Translations under genes and position numbers: made by a program
In this document: positions 1-14,350 of the stretch, one piece after another
Numbering within the stretch: position 1 is the stretch's first letter
How the letters are laid out: each line of letters opens with the position of its first letter
NCBI RefSeq assembly: GCF_009914755.1
Contig: NC_060928.1
DNA length: 64,000 nt
DNA from: the human T2T-CHM13v2.0 reference genome, Homo sapiens
Reading direction: 5' to 3' (one strand)
Notes under the pieces: generated by a model
What the model was told of the DNA's origin: nothing
Databases searched by the model: none
Seen by the model: the letters and a program-made list of their open reading frames with translations, nothing else

Positions 1-215
1 CAGCCAGCCCAACGCGGCGAAACCCTGTCTCTACTAAAAATACAAAAATCAGCCAGGTGTAATGATGGGCACCTGTAATCCCAGCTACTCGAGAGGCTGA
101 GGCACGGAGAACTGCTTGAACCTGGAAGAAGGAGGTTGCGGTGAGCCGAGATTGCACCACTGCACCTCAGCATGGGTGACAGAGCAAGACACTGTCTTAA
201 AAAAAAAAAAGAAAA
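1..215 (+). mobile_element. Alu (5'-truncated by window edge)
   Basis: Alu linker TACTAAAAATACAAAAA, right arm and poly-A tail. Confidence 0.9.
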
Positions 216-413
216 AATTATTTGATGTAAGGTCATATATATCAATATCAACACTTCTAAAGGCAAGGTGCTCACTATATCTTGAAGTAACTCATTCTAA
301 TTCTGGGCAATTCTAAGGAGCTATAAACTTCTTCCTCATAACCTAAAATCACATTTCCCCACTTCTATATCAGCCCTCTCAAAGCATGTGGAAAATTTAT
401 AAAATAATGAAAA

Positions 414-725
<312 letters not shown>

Positions 726-1655
726 TGAAAATATTTTATCTCTGTTAAGTCTTCTCTAGTCTCTTTTTCCAGAACTAATTTATTCAACTGCTTCCCAATA
801 TTCAGTCTAATGTCCTGTTCTCTTACGACTTTACACATTTTCCCTAAGCATATCCACATGGCTTCCATTCCTACTTATATGCTAATAATAACTATCAAAT
901 TTGCTTTTTCATACTGGGTCACTCTTCTGACCATGAAATCCATCTTTACCACCTCCTATTCATAAATGCCCATCTGGATTACACAAGCAGTTCAAACCTA
1001 ATCTGTCAAGAATGAATCTTTTTTATTTCCTGACCCTCTTCTATATACTCTAGAAAGTCAGGCTGAATCCTCATTTTTATTTCTTTTCTCTTCTTTCATC
1101 CTCCCTTTAAGTATAATCACTACATTCTATCAATTTTATTTCCTACATAATTCTCAAGTCTGATCCCCTCCCCTTTATTTCTACTAGTCATGACTTTAGT
1201 TCAGATTTGTCGAAGGTGTATTCATGTGGCAATACATAATATGATACAAAATTCAAAGAATACGAAAGAATATTCAATAAAAAAGTAAATCTCCCTTCTA
1301 TTAATATTACTATCTAGTACCCTACCCCAACCAAACCTCCCACACCTCCCCACCAAGTAGCTACTAAGTATTCTTCCAGAAACTATTAGAATAATTTTTT
1401 AATAATGGTCTTCCTCCTTTAGTCTTTTCTTTATCTTTAATCCATCCTCCCTAAGCTGTAGAACAGCCTTTCCAGAACATAAATCTCCAGGTGAGGAGCA
1501 CATGGTGGCTTAACAGAGTTGTAACTTAAGCTTACGCTTCACCAAGCCAGAAGGGAAATAAACTAAGATCAAATTTCAAAATCCTATAATATGTAAATGT
1601 AATTAAGAAGAAAGTCTCTCTACATCATTATCCTAAACTATACCCAGTAATATCT

Positions 1656-1883
1656 TTAGCTCACTGCAACCTCCGCCTCCCAGGTTCAAGCAACTCTCCT
1701 GCCTCAGCTGGGATTACAGGCGCCTGCCACTATGTCTGGCTAATTTTTATATTTTTAGTAAAGACAGGTTTTCACTATGTTGGCCAGGCTGGTCTAGAAC
1801 TCCTGACCTCAAGTGATCCACTAGCCTCGGCCTCCCAGAGTGCTGGGACTACAGATGTGAGCCACTGCACACTGCACCTGGCT
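1656..1883 (-). mobile_element. Alu (partial)
   Basis: antisense Alu motifs CTCACTGCAACCTCCGCCTCC ... GTGCTGGGA. Confidence 0.85.
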
Positions 1884-2662
1884 GGTATTCAATTCTAAAA
1901 CAAGTAAAAATTTATAAAATTAAAGTGTTTATTCATTCTAAGTAATAATTATACCTTTGGTCACCATTAACTGGATAGCTTTCCTTTAAGAATTCAGCAA
2001 ATGTTAACAGAATGTAAAAATTGTATAATTAAAACTTCGACTTACAAAAACAGCTTTCAGACTTGGTGAGTAGCATTCATTATAAAATTTTATTAAACAG
2101 TAATAAAGAGGTAACTGATGAAGACTCTCACCAAACCTGAGTCAGGCTCCTCTGGGCCCTCTTCTCAACTTAGGCCTGACCTTATACTCTGTTCTTGTTC
2201 GGCTTAGTCCAGTTTCAGCAAAAATCCTGCTGAATTGGTTTAGTGAAAAATCTCTCAGCCTTAGTATCTGATCTGCATCTACATCTAATCAAACTACTGA
2301 TCCTTCAATATGTTACTATCCTCTTGCCTTCAGCAAGAATTTTATAGTTAGTCTAGCAAGAATCCCCTTGGCCTTGATGTTTCCTCAGTAGTTTTCCATC
2401 CACTCTTCCCACTTTGCCCCTTGGATATAAATCCCTACTTGACCTTACTGTATTCACCGTCGGGACTGATCTCTCTCCACTACTGCAAACTCCCCACTGC
2501 AGTAGTTCTTTTTAAATAGTCTTCCTTGCCATCTTTAACAAGTGACAAAATAATTTTTTTCAACATTACATCATTTACTATAAAACAGTGACAAGTTTTG
2601 CCAATGATATACCAGAAGATGGCACAAGTTTTGACAGTTGAATATCCATTTTTGCAACTTAC

Positions 2663-2878
2663 CTTAACATTCTTCAGTCCCTTTTCAAAGAGGCTAAGCA
2701 TCTCGGAGAGTTTATTGTCAGAATGTACATTATAAATGGTCTGGCTGCGTTGTTGAAGCAAACCAATAATGTATTCATTTTCAATCTGCTCATGCATTTT
2801 GAACTCCTTGAAAGTAGCATACAAAGACTGCAGAAGAGCACGGAAATCGTTGTTGTTGGAAAAATTGGTTTTAGAAAG
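2663..2878 (-). CDS. FBXL5: FBXL5 coding exon 2 (aa 29-100, hemerythrin-like domain)
   Basis: Acceptor TTTTTATTCAG| at 2879 and donor AAG|GTAAGT at 2662; 216 nt, phase 0-0; [36 protein letters not shown]...[23 protein letters not shown], containing iron ligands H57, E58, E61, H80. Confidence 0.97.
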
Positions 2879-3604
2879 CTGAATAAAAATTTAAAAAGAA
2901 AAGTGTAATAAATACGTGCAAATATGCACAAATAAAAAATATTCAAATACATCCCTATTCACTTTTGCACACAGCATACTTCCCTTACACTTGGTTAAAG
3001 TACAAATAAAAGAAATTCATAAATTAACAAGTTATAATGGTATAATAAAAAGTGCACTAGGCCAGGAAGATGTTGGTTTGCATTCTGGAGGGCCTGGTGA
3101 CACAGAAAAATGATATGTGCACAAATCACGGTTTCTTTAAAGAGAAGAGATTAAACCAGGCCCCTTCTAAACCTAAAATTTCATTACTCTATATGTATGC
3201 TAAATACAGGCAGGCAGAAATTTTAAAGAGGGAAACTTGATTAGGTTAAATACAACAGACGAGTAGATGAAAGGGGAAAAGCTACTAACACCATACCTCC
3301 TAGACTTGCTTTCTAAAGTATCTAGTATTCCTAAAATGGAACATAATCTAAGCTGTCTTATTGCCTATTATCAGCAGGAATGACGGTCTGATGACAGAGC
3401 ATCAAAACAGATGACATAGAAGCTCCTAAAACAAAATTATTCCTACTATACATAACAGAATTAACTATCTTCTATAAAAAGTAGTGCGGATTATGCATTT
3501 TAAGAGTCATAGTGAACCAGTTTTAAAGTCACATTCTCTAGGATGGGATACCAGTTCTACCATTACTTAACTGTGTAACCCTGGGTAAGTTACTTTTCTT
3601 TCTT

Positions 3605-3896
3605 TCTTTTTTTTTGAGACGGAGTCTTGCTTTGTCGCCCAGGCTAGAGTGCAGGGGCATGATCTCAGCTCACTGCAGACTCTGCCTCCTGGGTTCAAGC
3701 GATTATCCTGCCTCAGCCTCCTGAGTAGCTGGGATTACAGGTGCTCGCCACCACGCCCGGCTAATTTTTGTATTTTTTAGCAGAGATGGGGTTTCACCAT
3801 CTTGGCCAGGCTGGTCTTGAACTCCTGACCACATGATCCACCCGCCTCGGCCTCCCAAAGTGCTGGGATTACAGGCATAAGCTACCACGCCCGGCC
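3605..3896 (-). mobile_element. Alu (AluS-like)
   Basis: full antisense Alu flanked by TACTTTTCTTTCTT direct repeat. Confidence 0.9.
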
Positions 3897-4216
3897 TACT
3901 TTTCTTTCTTAATGTGTTAATCTTGATGTTAAATGGATATAATAAAACATCTGTATTTCACATGGTTGTTAGTACTCAATAAACATTAGCTATTATCATT
4001 TTGAAAATTAAATATTCATTTTTTATAAATTCATACATTTTTTACTCTATACAAATATTTACTGAGTAGCTATGATGAGGCAGACACTGTTCTTTGGTAC
4101 CTGGGATATATCAATGAACAAAACAAAGATTTCTTGCCTTTATGGAGTTTCCATTTCAGTGAAGGTAAATAAGACAATGAACAGTTAACTGCAATACATA
4201 AGTAAATAATCTAGAG

Positions 4217-4520
4217 CAAGAATTGGCAACTTTTCTATAAAAGGACAGGTAATAAATATTTTAACTTTTGCAGGCCATGTGGTCTGTAGCAATTATTTAC
4301 CTCAGCAGTTGTAGCACAAAAGTAGTCATAGACAACATGTAAATGAATGACTGTAGCTGTATTTCCATAAAACTTTATAAACACTGAAATTCAAATTTCA
4401 TATAATTTTTCACATGTCACAAAATACTATTCTTCTTTTGATTTTTTCCAACTATTTAAAAATGTAAAAGTGATGCTTGGCTCTTAAGCCACACAAAAAA
4501 CACAGGCAGGACATACTTGG
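4217..4520. mobile_element. hAT-Charlie MITE (MER58-like)
   Basis: GGCAACTTTTCTATAAAAGGACAG...TTTGCAGGCCAT...CCATAAAACTTTAT resembles MER58. Confidence 0.6.
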
Positions 4521-4710
4521 TTAAATACATATTATAGATTTTTTTTTTAAATCATAAGAAATGCCCCACAAGATTACAATAAAATCTATTGGTGGCTAAT
4601 CTCTGCAAACACTATCATGTATCATTTTTTGGAAAAAAAAAAAAAGGCAAACTTAAAAATAGCCTTAGTAGAAGCAGGGTACAAAATCAAAAGAAACCAT
4701 TAATGCTAAA

Positions 4711-5017
4711 TATTTTTTTTTATTATTATTATTATACTTTAAGTTTTAGGTACATGTGCACAACGTGCAGGTTTGTTACATATGTATACATGTGCCATGT
4801 TGGTGTGCTGCACCCATTAACCCGTCATCTAACATTAGGTATATCTCCCAATGCTATCCCTCCCCCTCCCCCCACCCCACAACAGGCCCCGGTGTGTGAT
4901 GTTCCCCTTCCCACGTCCATGTTGTTCTCATTGTTCAATTCCCACTATGAGTGAGAACATGCGGTGTTTGGTTTTTTTGTCCTTGCGACAGTTTGCTGAG
5001 AATGATGGTTTCCAGCT
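4711..5017 (-). mobile_element. L1PA 3' end fragment
   Basis: TTATACTTTAAGTTTTAGGTACATGTGCACAACGTGCAGG... is the antisense 3' UTR of a primate L1PA. Confidence 0.9.
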
Positions 5018-5054
5018 TCTAGATATTATTTTTTTAATGGCAAAAAGTAAACAC

Positions 5055-5680
<626 letters not shown>

Positions 5681-6039
5681 GCCCTAACATGAGTTAAGAA
5701 AAATAATATATTAAAAGACATACAGGGAATTTTGCATATATTCTCATTAGACTATTAGAAATTCTTTTAGATCTAATAACACATTAAGGTAAAGATTAGT
5801 TTCATGCCACAAACTGACAGTCAAATTAACTATAGTAACTATATAAAGAGACTCTAAATTACAGGTAGAATCTATATCCAGCTAACCTAGCACAGTAGTT
5901 AAAAGCACTGACTCTAGGGCAAGATTGCCTAGGTGTAAATCCATTCTACCAGCAAGTCATTACATTTCTTTGTACCTCAGTTTCTTCATCTGTAAAACAG
6001 GGCTAATAATATTAACTACTTCACAGAGTTCTTGTGAGA

Positions 6040-6332
6040 ATTTTTTTGAGACAGGGTCTTGCTCTGACACCCAGGCTGCAGTGCAGTGGCATGATCATAG
6101 CTCACTGCAACCTCAAACTCCTGGGCTCAAGTGATCCTCCTGCTGGCCTCAGCCTTCCGAATAGCTGGAACTACAGGTGTGGTGTGCACCACACCCAGTT
6201 ACTTTTTTATTTTTTAGAGACGGGGTCTCACTATGTTGGCCAAGCTGGTCTTAAAGTCCTGGCTTCAAGCGATCCTCCTGACTCAGCATCCTGAGTTGCT
6301 GAGATTATAGGCACAAGCCACTGCACCTGGCT
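6040..6332 (-). mobile_element. Alu (AluJ-like) inside a MIR
   Basis: antisense Alu; MIR core CCTCAGTTTCTTCATCTGTAAAA upstream. Confidence 0.8.
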
Positions 6333-6464
6333 ACCTGTGATAATTTAATAAGTTAATATAAAGAACACAGAATATAAGCCCTACCTAGGCATCTGTAAGG
6401 CTTATTTAGTAGGCTTTTCTGTTATTAATTCTGTATTCAGACCAAAATAAAATATCATTAGAAA

Positions 6465-7200
6465 GGAATTGGTATAGCCATTATGGAAAACAGTATGGAA
6501 ATTCCTCAAAAAATTAAAAATGTAATTTTCATAAGTTCCAGCAATCCCATTCCTGAGTATATGTTCAAAGTAAATAAAATTAGGATCTCTAAGAGATATC
6601 TGCACTCCCATGTTCAATGCAGCATTATTCATAATAGCCAAGATATGGAGCCAACCTGAGTGCTTGTCCACAAATGAGTAAAGAAAATGTGATATATACA
6701 ATAAAATATTATTCAGTCATAAAAAAGGAAATCCTGTCATTTGCAACAACATAGATGAACCTGGAAGACAGCTAAGTGAAATAAGCCAGAGACAGAGAGA
6801 TAAATAATGTATGATCTCACTATATATGGAATCTAAAGTAGAACTCACAGAAGCAGAGAATATGAAAGGTGGTTGTTGGGGCAGGGGATGGAGAAAATGG
6901 GGAGATGCTGAAAAAAGAACACTAACTTTCAGTTCTAAGATGAGTACGTTCTGGGGATATAAGGTACAGTATGGTGACTATAGCTAATAATACTGTATTA
7001 TGTACTTGAAATTTGCTGAGAGTACATCCTCTGTGTCTTTACCACTCCCACACAAAGGGTAATCGTTTGTGGTGATGGATGTGTCAATTTGATTTTGGTA
7101 ATCATTATACAATGTACATGTATATCAAAGCATTGCATTGTACACCTTGAATATATACAATATTTATTTGTCAATTATACCTCAATAAAGCTGGGAAAAA
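6465..7200 (+). mobile_element. L1M (MA/MB-like) 3' portion
   Basis: ATGGAAAACAGTATGGA...CCAGCAATCCCATTCCTG...TCAATTATACCTCAATAAAGCTG. Confidence 0.85.
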
Positions 7201-7471
7201 ATGATCAACAGATCAACAGATCAAGTTAAATTCTTGGTGGAGAATACAAAATATTTTGTACAACAGGTTGAAGAAATAAGATTTTTATCTATATTAAATC
7301 CTCAACATGTTTGTTGATTTGATGAAGTGAAAACAAAGCCAAAAAAAAAAGAGCAACAGAGAGAAAAGTCCTTAAAGATACTACCCAACTCAGTTTTTCT
7401 CCACATGAAAAGTGCAAACATTTTTAACCCGGTACCTAAAGTTAGTAAATTTAGCAGTTAAAAGAATAACC

Positions 7472-7790
<319 letters not shown>

Positions 7791-8209
7791 ATAAACAGAA
7801 TATACACAATTTAACTTTTTTGAAATCTGTTTATATAAATAGTTTTTAAAATTGTTTGCCTTCACATATAGACTTTATGGAGAAAAAAAACCTGGACACT
7901 AATGGTTCTAGGACATATGGAAGGAAGCCAATGATGTGTGAGAAATTACCCTAGTGTTTTTATATATTTAATTCTTAAAACAACCTAAAAAGTAGATATC
8001 AAAATCCTCATTTTACAGACTAACAAACAGAGTCTCAGGAAGAAAATTTACCCCACATCATACAACTAGTGAACAACAAAACCGAGACCAAGTCCCTAAA
8101 ACTCTAACATCTATGACTTTTCTACATACACAATGTTAGTCCCATTAATAAAGCTATCTTTTCAGATACAAGAGAGTAAATTGTCAGAAAGAACACTTGC
8201 TCTAAAGCA

Positions 8210-8440
8210 ACAGCTCTCACCAAGGCAGTAATTTTGCCACCCCACTACCCATCCCCCAGAGATAAAAGGCAAGATCTGGAGGCAGTTTTGGTTGTCACCA
8301 CCGGAAATGTACTACTGACACCTAGTGGATAAAACCCAGGGATGTGGCTAAACATCCTACAACGCACAGGACAGCCCCCATAAAAAAGAAATCATCTGCC
8401 TCAAAATGTCAATAATGCTTTGGTTAAGAAATGTTGCTCT
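8210..8440. mobile_element. MER20-like hAT MITE
   Basis: TTTTGGTTGTCAC...GGGATGTGGCTAAACATCCTACAACGCACAGGACAGCCCC. Confidence 0.75.
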
Positions 8441-8445
8441 AGAAA

Positions 8446-8680
8446 ACTGTTTTTCAAATACTGTTAACCATGACCTTCAGTATGAAATATAGTGCAATCC
8501 AGATTCACACGCATCACAAACACTTCAAACAAATTTCAGGGAACAGTATTTCCCTCTCTTATCTGTGATGTACTCTAGTATTTACTTTTCGGTTTAAATT
8601 TTTAATGCTGTTTCGGACCCACAAAAGAGATTTATGACCTACTACTAATAGGTCACAGGACACATTTTGAAGAGCACTCT
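8446..8680 (-). mobile_element. hAT-Charlie MITE with a terminus related to the element that gave rise to FAM200B
   Basis: reverse complement of 8600-8680 aligns by eye with 44657-44730; TIR-like CTGTTTTTCAAA at the other end. Confidence 0.6.
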
Positions 8681-8839
8681 TCTACAGTAAAATATAAAGG
8701 TTCCTAGTGACCTATAAAGTTATATACTCTGATGCCTCACAAATTCAACAAAGAACTTATATATATAAAAGGACGCACATAATTAACAAATAGTAACATG
8801 ATATCTTCCACATTTTAAAAGGATTTATAACTGACTTTC

Positions 8840-9104
8840 TTTTTTTTTTTTTTTTTTTTTGAGACAGAGTCTCACTCTGTCGCCCAGGCTGGAGTGCAAT
8901 CGCCAATTCCAGCAATTCTGCCTTAGCCTCCTGAGTAGCTGGGATTACAGGACCCCGCCACCATGCCCAGCTAATTTTTGTATTTTTAGTAGAGATGAGG
9001 TTTCACCATCTTGGCCAGGCTGGTCTTGAACTCCTGACCTCATGATCCACCTGCCTCGGCCTCCCAAAGTGCTGGGATACAGGCATGAGCCACTGCACCC
9101 AACC
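8840..9104 (-). mobile_element. Alu with internal deletion
   Basis: antisense Alu, TSD TATAACTGACTTTCT. Confidence 0.9.
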
Positions 9105-12100
9105 TATAACTGACTTTCTGTCTCAGACATTCTACAGTGATAAATCAAGTATTACAGCCTGGTTTCAAACTGATTCTCAAAAGTGGTATGTCACTTAAAG
9201 ACGATACAGTACATTCAAAAATAGATAAGAAAACGGCATAACAAAAACACATATATTATTCCCCCAAATACATTTTTACTTTGTCTACTCACTCAGACAA
9301 TGCTTTAATTTAATCAAGGGAGACTTATACTCAGTGAAGAAACCTTAGTAAGTAGCTGATCAAATTTACAGATGGAAAAAATGATGACCCACAGGTAAAC
9401 TGTTTTGCATAAAATCATAGAGCTACCAATAAGTAGCAGAACTAGTAAGGTAATGCAAAACCCATGGGCTTCCGAAGGGGAAAAAAAATCCTAAGATTAA
9501 AATTCAGGCTCTACTAATTACTAATTGAATGAGTTGGGTAAGTTACTTAACCACTAAGACTGTTTCCTCAACTTTAAATGAAGGATAATATTTGGCTTAA
9601 GTAGTTCGTGAAGATTAAAAGAAACAATGTAGACATGTAGTAAGAACTCATTAAATTCCCTTTTCCTTCTTCCACAGGTCTCAATTCAATATTTTCTCCA
9701 CTAAGCCAATCTTCTCAAATGCCAGTCAATAAATTGTTACAGGTATGCAGAAAAATGGCGGAGGGGGGAAGGAAAACTGACAATAAAGCTATACTCACTC
9801 ATTTTTTAAAAAAGGATATATTCAAATTACTCTAAGCTTCTTCCCACTTAAGAGTTTTGGGTCATAAAATGTCCTATCTGTATAAATAAATGTATAAATA
9901 AATTCTTTCATAAAAGTAAACAGCACTTTTAATACCCTTACCTGAAAAATTTGGGCACACCTTAAGGCCTCCACCACTTGAGTTTTTAATAACTGGTTTA
10001 TATATAAGCCTGGGAATCTCTGAACTAACCACATCCTGACAACCACAGCCTACTCTTCTCTCAGAAATCAATTCAAAGAGACCACTCCTGACACTTTAAT
10101 GTGGAGCTGACCGTGTAACTCCCTTTGCTCCCACTATACCCTATTTGGATTTCCATCCTAGCATAGATGTTATTACATACTGGACTGTAAACTTTTTGAG
10201 ACTAGAGACCACATGTCACATTGCCAACGTCTTTCTGTAGTACAAGCTACTACAGAGTAGACGGTAGAAACTCCAATGCTCACTGACAGAATTAATGGAG
10301 TTAACCTTGGAGAACTGGAGAAAAGACTGAGAAATTGAAGTAAAATGGAAAAAGGATGTCATTCAATATAAATATTTACTAACATCATCCCAGTCTGAAA
10401 GGTCAGTGAATTAGCAGGAGATTTCTTAGCAGATTGTTCCCAAAAAAGTAAGAAACTACTATGATTTAATATAAAGAAAATTAAACTAGGAATCCTAACA
10501 ATGACTTGGGTTTCCATCTGAATCTACCACTAGCTGCTTATGTAACCTTGGCCTAGCTAATCTAGGCCTCTAAGTCCCCAGCTATAAAACAGAAATACCT
10601 TGTCTTTACATAACTCAAAGCACTGTTGTCTGGATAACAAAGGTGAAAAACCTTTCCATAAAACTTTTTACAGATGTAAAAAGAAATCCATGGGCAAAGT
10701 ATTAAATCGGGTATTGTACAGCAATATTTAAAATGGTCTAAGACATACATCTGTCAGCTTTTGAAAATTTATTTTCTCATCCTATTCACCTTTATACCTA
10801 AAAAATAAGTAGACTAACATAACTTTGGAATACATTATACTAACTGGCTTAAGCATGTAAGTGGTTTACTTGATGCTAGTAAATAAATGGATGCTTCTAA
10901 AATACATTCTACTTGAGAAGTTCAATATTGAAAATAGTAACTGACTTCTTGATAATAACTGGGCATTCAGAGCCCAAATTTGTACAGTGAAATAACTATT
11001 TTGTACCTTTTTAGTCTGAGCATAAAAACTAGTTCTCATTTTATATAGTTTTATTGTAAACTGTTTGGTTGGATATCCTTGGTCTATACAACCAAAGGAT
11101 GGCAAAACGTGAGATGATAAATGGATAAAAACAAACAAGGTACTCTTCCTTTAATTCCTTTAAGATTACTGAACCATTACAAAATACTTATTTTCCACTC
11201 TAGCTCCCAAAGGACATCCTAAGAGAGATTTCCATTGGCTATCAGTATCAAGAAGAAATCCAGATGTAAAATTCCTATGCATTTTTTTTTCCCTAAATCG
11301 CCTCAGTTTCAGTTCAGAAAATTGGACTTTTAATCTTCGTGATAAACGTATACAACAATCTCATTAACTATATCTAATTAATTCAGAATTAGTAATAATT
11401 TTGACTTACACCATGTCAAATTGAAAATGCTTTATTAAACTAGTTATGCAAGTGGGAACATTACTGAAAAGACTCTTGGCTCAGATATCTTGTAAAAAAG
11501 CAACTGCATTTTCAAAATTTGTTCAAATACTCTCAACCACCAGGAAGAGACAGAAAAAGAGCGACTAACTTCTTGAAAATTTTAAAATAAGGCTGCTTAG
11601 CCTTAGTCTGCAAGTAAATTAAATTGTGATTCTTTATTTTGGGAGGTCACAATCATCTGGAAATCGATGAAAGCTACAAACACCCTAGGAAAATGGACAC
11701 ACGCACAAAATTTTCCATATAATTTCAGGTGATCCTAGGCTACCTCTCCACAGTCTAAAGTGGAGAGAAAACCTTGGATTCTGTTAGTCTTCACTTCCAC
11801 TTTCGATTTTTGAGACCATTTTTTTTTTTCTTTCCTGCTATTAAAGAATGGTGTCTGAATGAACGATATTCAAAAGCCAGAGAGGATAAAAACACTATAA
11901 TACTGCTAAGTAAAAAATTCAGGGATATACCCTCTTGCTTAATGGCTTAACCATTCCTCATGCTTCTCCTAGATGAGTGGTTCTCACCCTCAGCTGCATA
12001 CTGCACTCAAATGGAGAGCTTTAATCATTTATACCTGATGTCTGGGTGAAATCCTAATTTTAGTGACCTAGACATCAGGACTTCTAATAGTTTTTAGTTT

Positions 12101-12849
12101 AAGGCTAATAAGCAACCAAGGTTGCAAACCATTGTCCTAGACAGTCCTGGTGTTTCCAACTCATGTGAACTGGGTGTTTCTAAATTTTCAGAATGGAGGG
12201 AGGGAGAAGATGGAGTGCTAAGATTTGAAATTCAACGTCACTGCTTTAAATTGCTGGTCTTGAGTGTGGCCTAGCAGTGAATACCCTGGGCATCCTCCAA
12301 TCGCCTGGCTGAGCTATGAAACACCCCTCTTTTCTGTAGACAATCGTCCTGCATAATGCTATGCAATTTCTGAGAATTCCTAAAAGTTGATTTCTATGCT
12401 TAAACAGTAGTCATTTGAATGCTTTATTTAGTTGGATCATTTCCACAAGAAACGGGACTGCCTGAGGTTTGCAGATATCCATGACTTTCCCCAACATAAA
12501 CTGACAAATACGTGGAATGTTAATATTGTTTTAAAATCACTAGCAAAGGGCCCTGAACCATCTCCACAAAAGTGCCTCTTCAGCTTATGCTGCACCAATT
12601 ATGGGCCCAAAATGGTTCTCACAGTTAAACCAACTTTTCCTGAGGCCCCCTTTATTCGAGCTCATATAAAGAAATCCAAGAGAGAATTGCTGTCTTATAA
12701 CAAAATCTACATCCAGTAAGTGTTCAGGGCAATAAAAGTTGCAAGGAAAACGATAACGACACATTAAGAGTGAAGGTTCTTCAGTTCTAAACTTGGCTTT
12801 TCTCCCAAATCAAACCAGTGAAGAAAGCCGGGGGTAAAAGGAACCGGGT

Positions 12850-14350
12850 AGCTGGGAGACGCTGCAGTTCCAGCCAGGAAGCCAGCGAGAGGTGCAGAGG
12901 ATGGGTGGGTGTCTGCACGGAGAGCCCCGAACAGGCCCGGGGGAGTGACGGGGGACGGGAACAACTACTCGGTGCAGATGGGAGTCCACCGCAGGTGGCC
13001 GGCCGGGGCACCCAGGGCTTCGAGGAGGTAGGGCCGCTCTCCTTAGAGGCAGCAGCGGGAGTCCCAGCGCGGCGGTGGGGCCGGCCCGAGGGCGGCCAGT
13101 GACGCCGGTAGCGCCCCTCCTCAGCCGCCAGGCCCTCGGCAGGGGACGCCGCCCGCCCCGAGAGCACGTCCGAGGCGGCGGCCAGGCCGGCTCTGCGAAG
13201 GCCTCGCAGCGGGCGGGCAGGCTGCGGGAGCGGGCGGCGCTGACAGCTACGCAGGCGGCTACTCGCGCGGCGACGGCACGGGGCTGCGGGCGCGGCGCAG
13301 GCCAGGCCGCCCCAAGAACCCAGCCCGCTCCCCATCGCCGCCCGCACCGCCCACAGCGGGAGGCTCAGCGCTCCGTTACCTTGTCGCAGTAGAGCCCCAC
13401 CAGCTGCTTCATCCGCCAGTGTGGGGCGGTGAAGACGTCCACTTCTTCAGGAAAGGGCGCCATCGCCACTGCCTCAGCCTCCGCCTCAGCAGCCGCGGCC
13501 GCCGCCTCTCCATAGACACCCTCGCCGCGGGGCAGAGGCGGCGCGCCCCCTTGCGCATGCGCCCGCCCCGTCGGCGCGCGCGCCCGGTCGGCTTGGCCGG
13601 CGGGGACGCGGGGGCGCGCAGGCCGCCGCCATGCGATCCCTGCGGCCCACGTGACCGGGCGCGCGCAGAGGCTCGCGGCTTCTGCCTCCCGCCCCCACTC
13701 TTTTCGTTTTTTGTCGTCTTCATAAGCCGCAGAAGGAACCCAAACCTTTTCCCTGTTTCTTTCACTACATGAAAGCACAGTAGCTGAGGGTAGGGGAAAG
13801 TCGTTTCAGTGGCGCTCTCGGCGCTTCTCCCGTTGCTGCCCTGCCCACCACGGCCTTGAGGAGAGGCAGCCAAGCACAATGGCCGCGGTCAGGGCCGCGA
13901 GCTCTGCTTGTGCCCACGCCCCGACGCCTGCTTGGCCTGGGTGACCAATGCTTCTGGCCAGGACCTCCGGAGCTGCCCTTCGCCTCCCTGCGATTGGCCC
14001 GTGCCAGATTTTTCCTGGGGCCGAGCGCAGACCACCCCGGCCGCCACTCAAAGGCCGGGCCTGGCTCCCACCCAGCGGTTGGTGAACCAGAGCTGCGGGC
14101 TCTGAGAGCTTCGGTCCCGGGCGGCAGCCCACAGCGGGCGCGGGGCCTGGGTGCGAGGGGCGGGGCAGAGACCGCGAGAGAGAGTTCTGGTGAAATTCGG
14201 GAGACTCAACGTGGGGGAAAAACAGTATCTGGGGATCCAGGTGCGGAAATGCACCTCAAGTGCAGGAACGCGGGTCAGGGATAGGCCCGACGGGCCTTGG
14301 GGGTGGGGAGAAGGGTGAATAATGGAAGGTTGGTGCGGGAAAGAACCTTG
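12850..14350. promoter_or_regulatory. CpG island / FBXL5 promoter
   Basis: very GC- and CpG-rich; NRF1-type TGCGCATGCGC 13552-13562; E-box CACGTG 13648-13653; GC boxes. Confidence 0.9.
13380..13463 (-). CDS. FBXL5: FBXL5 coding exon 1 (aa 1-28)
   Basis: GCGATGG start at 13463; [28 protein letters not shown] (H15 ligand); donor AAG|GTAACG; 84 nt, in frame with exon 2. Confidence 0.97.
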
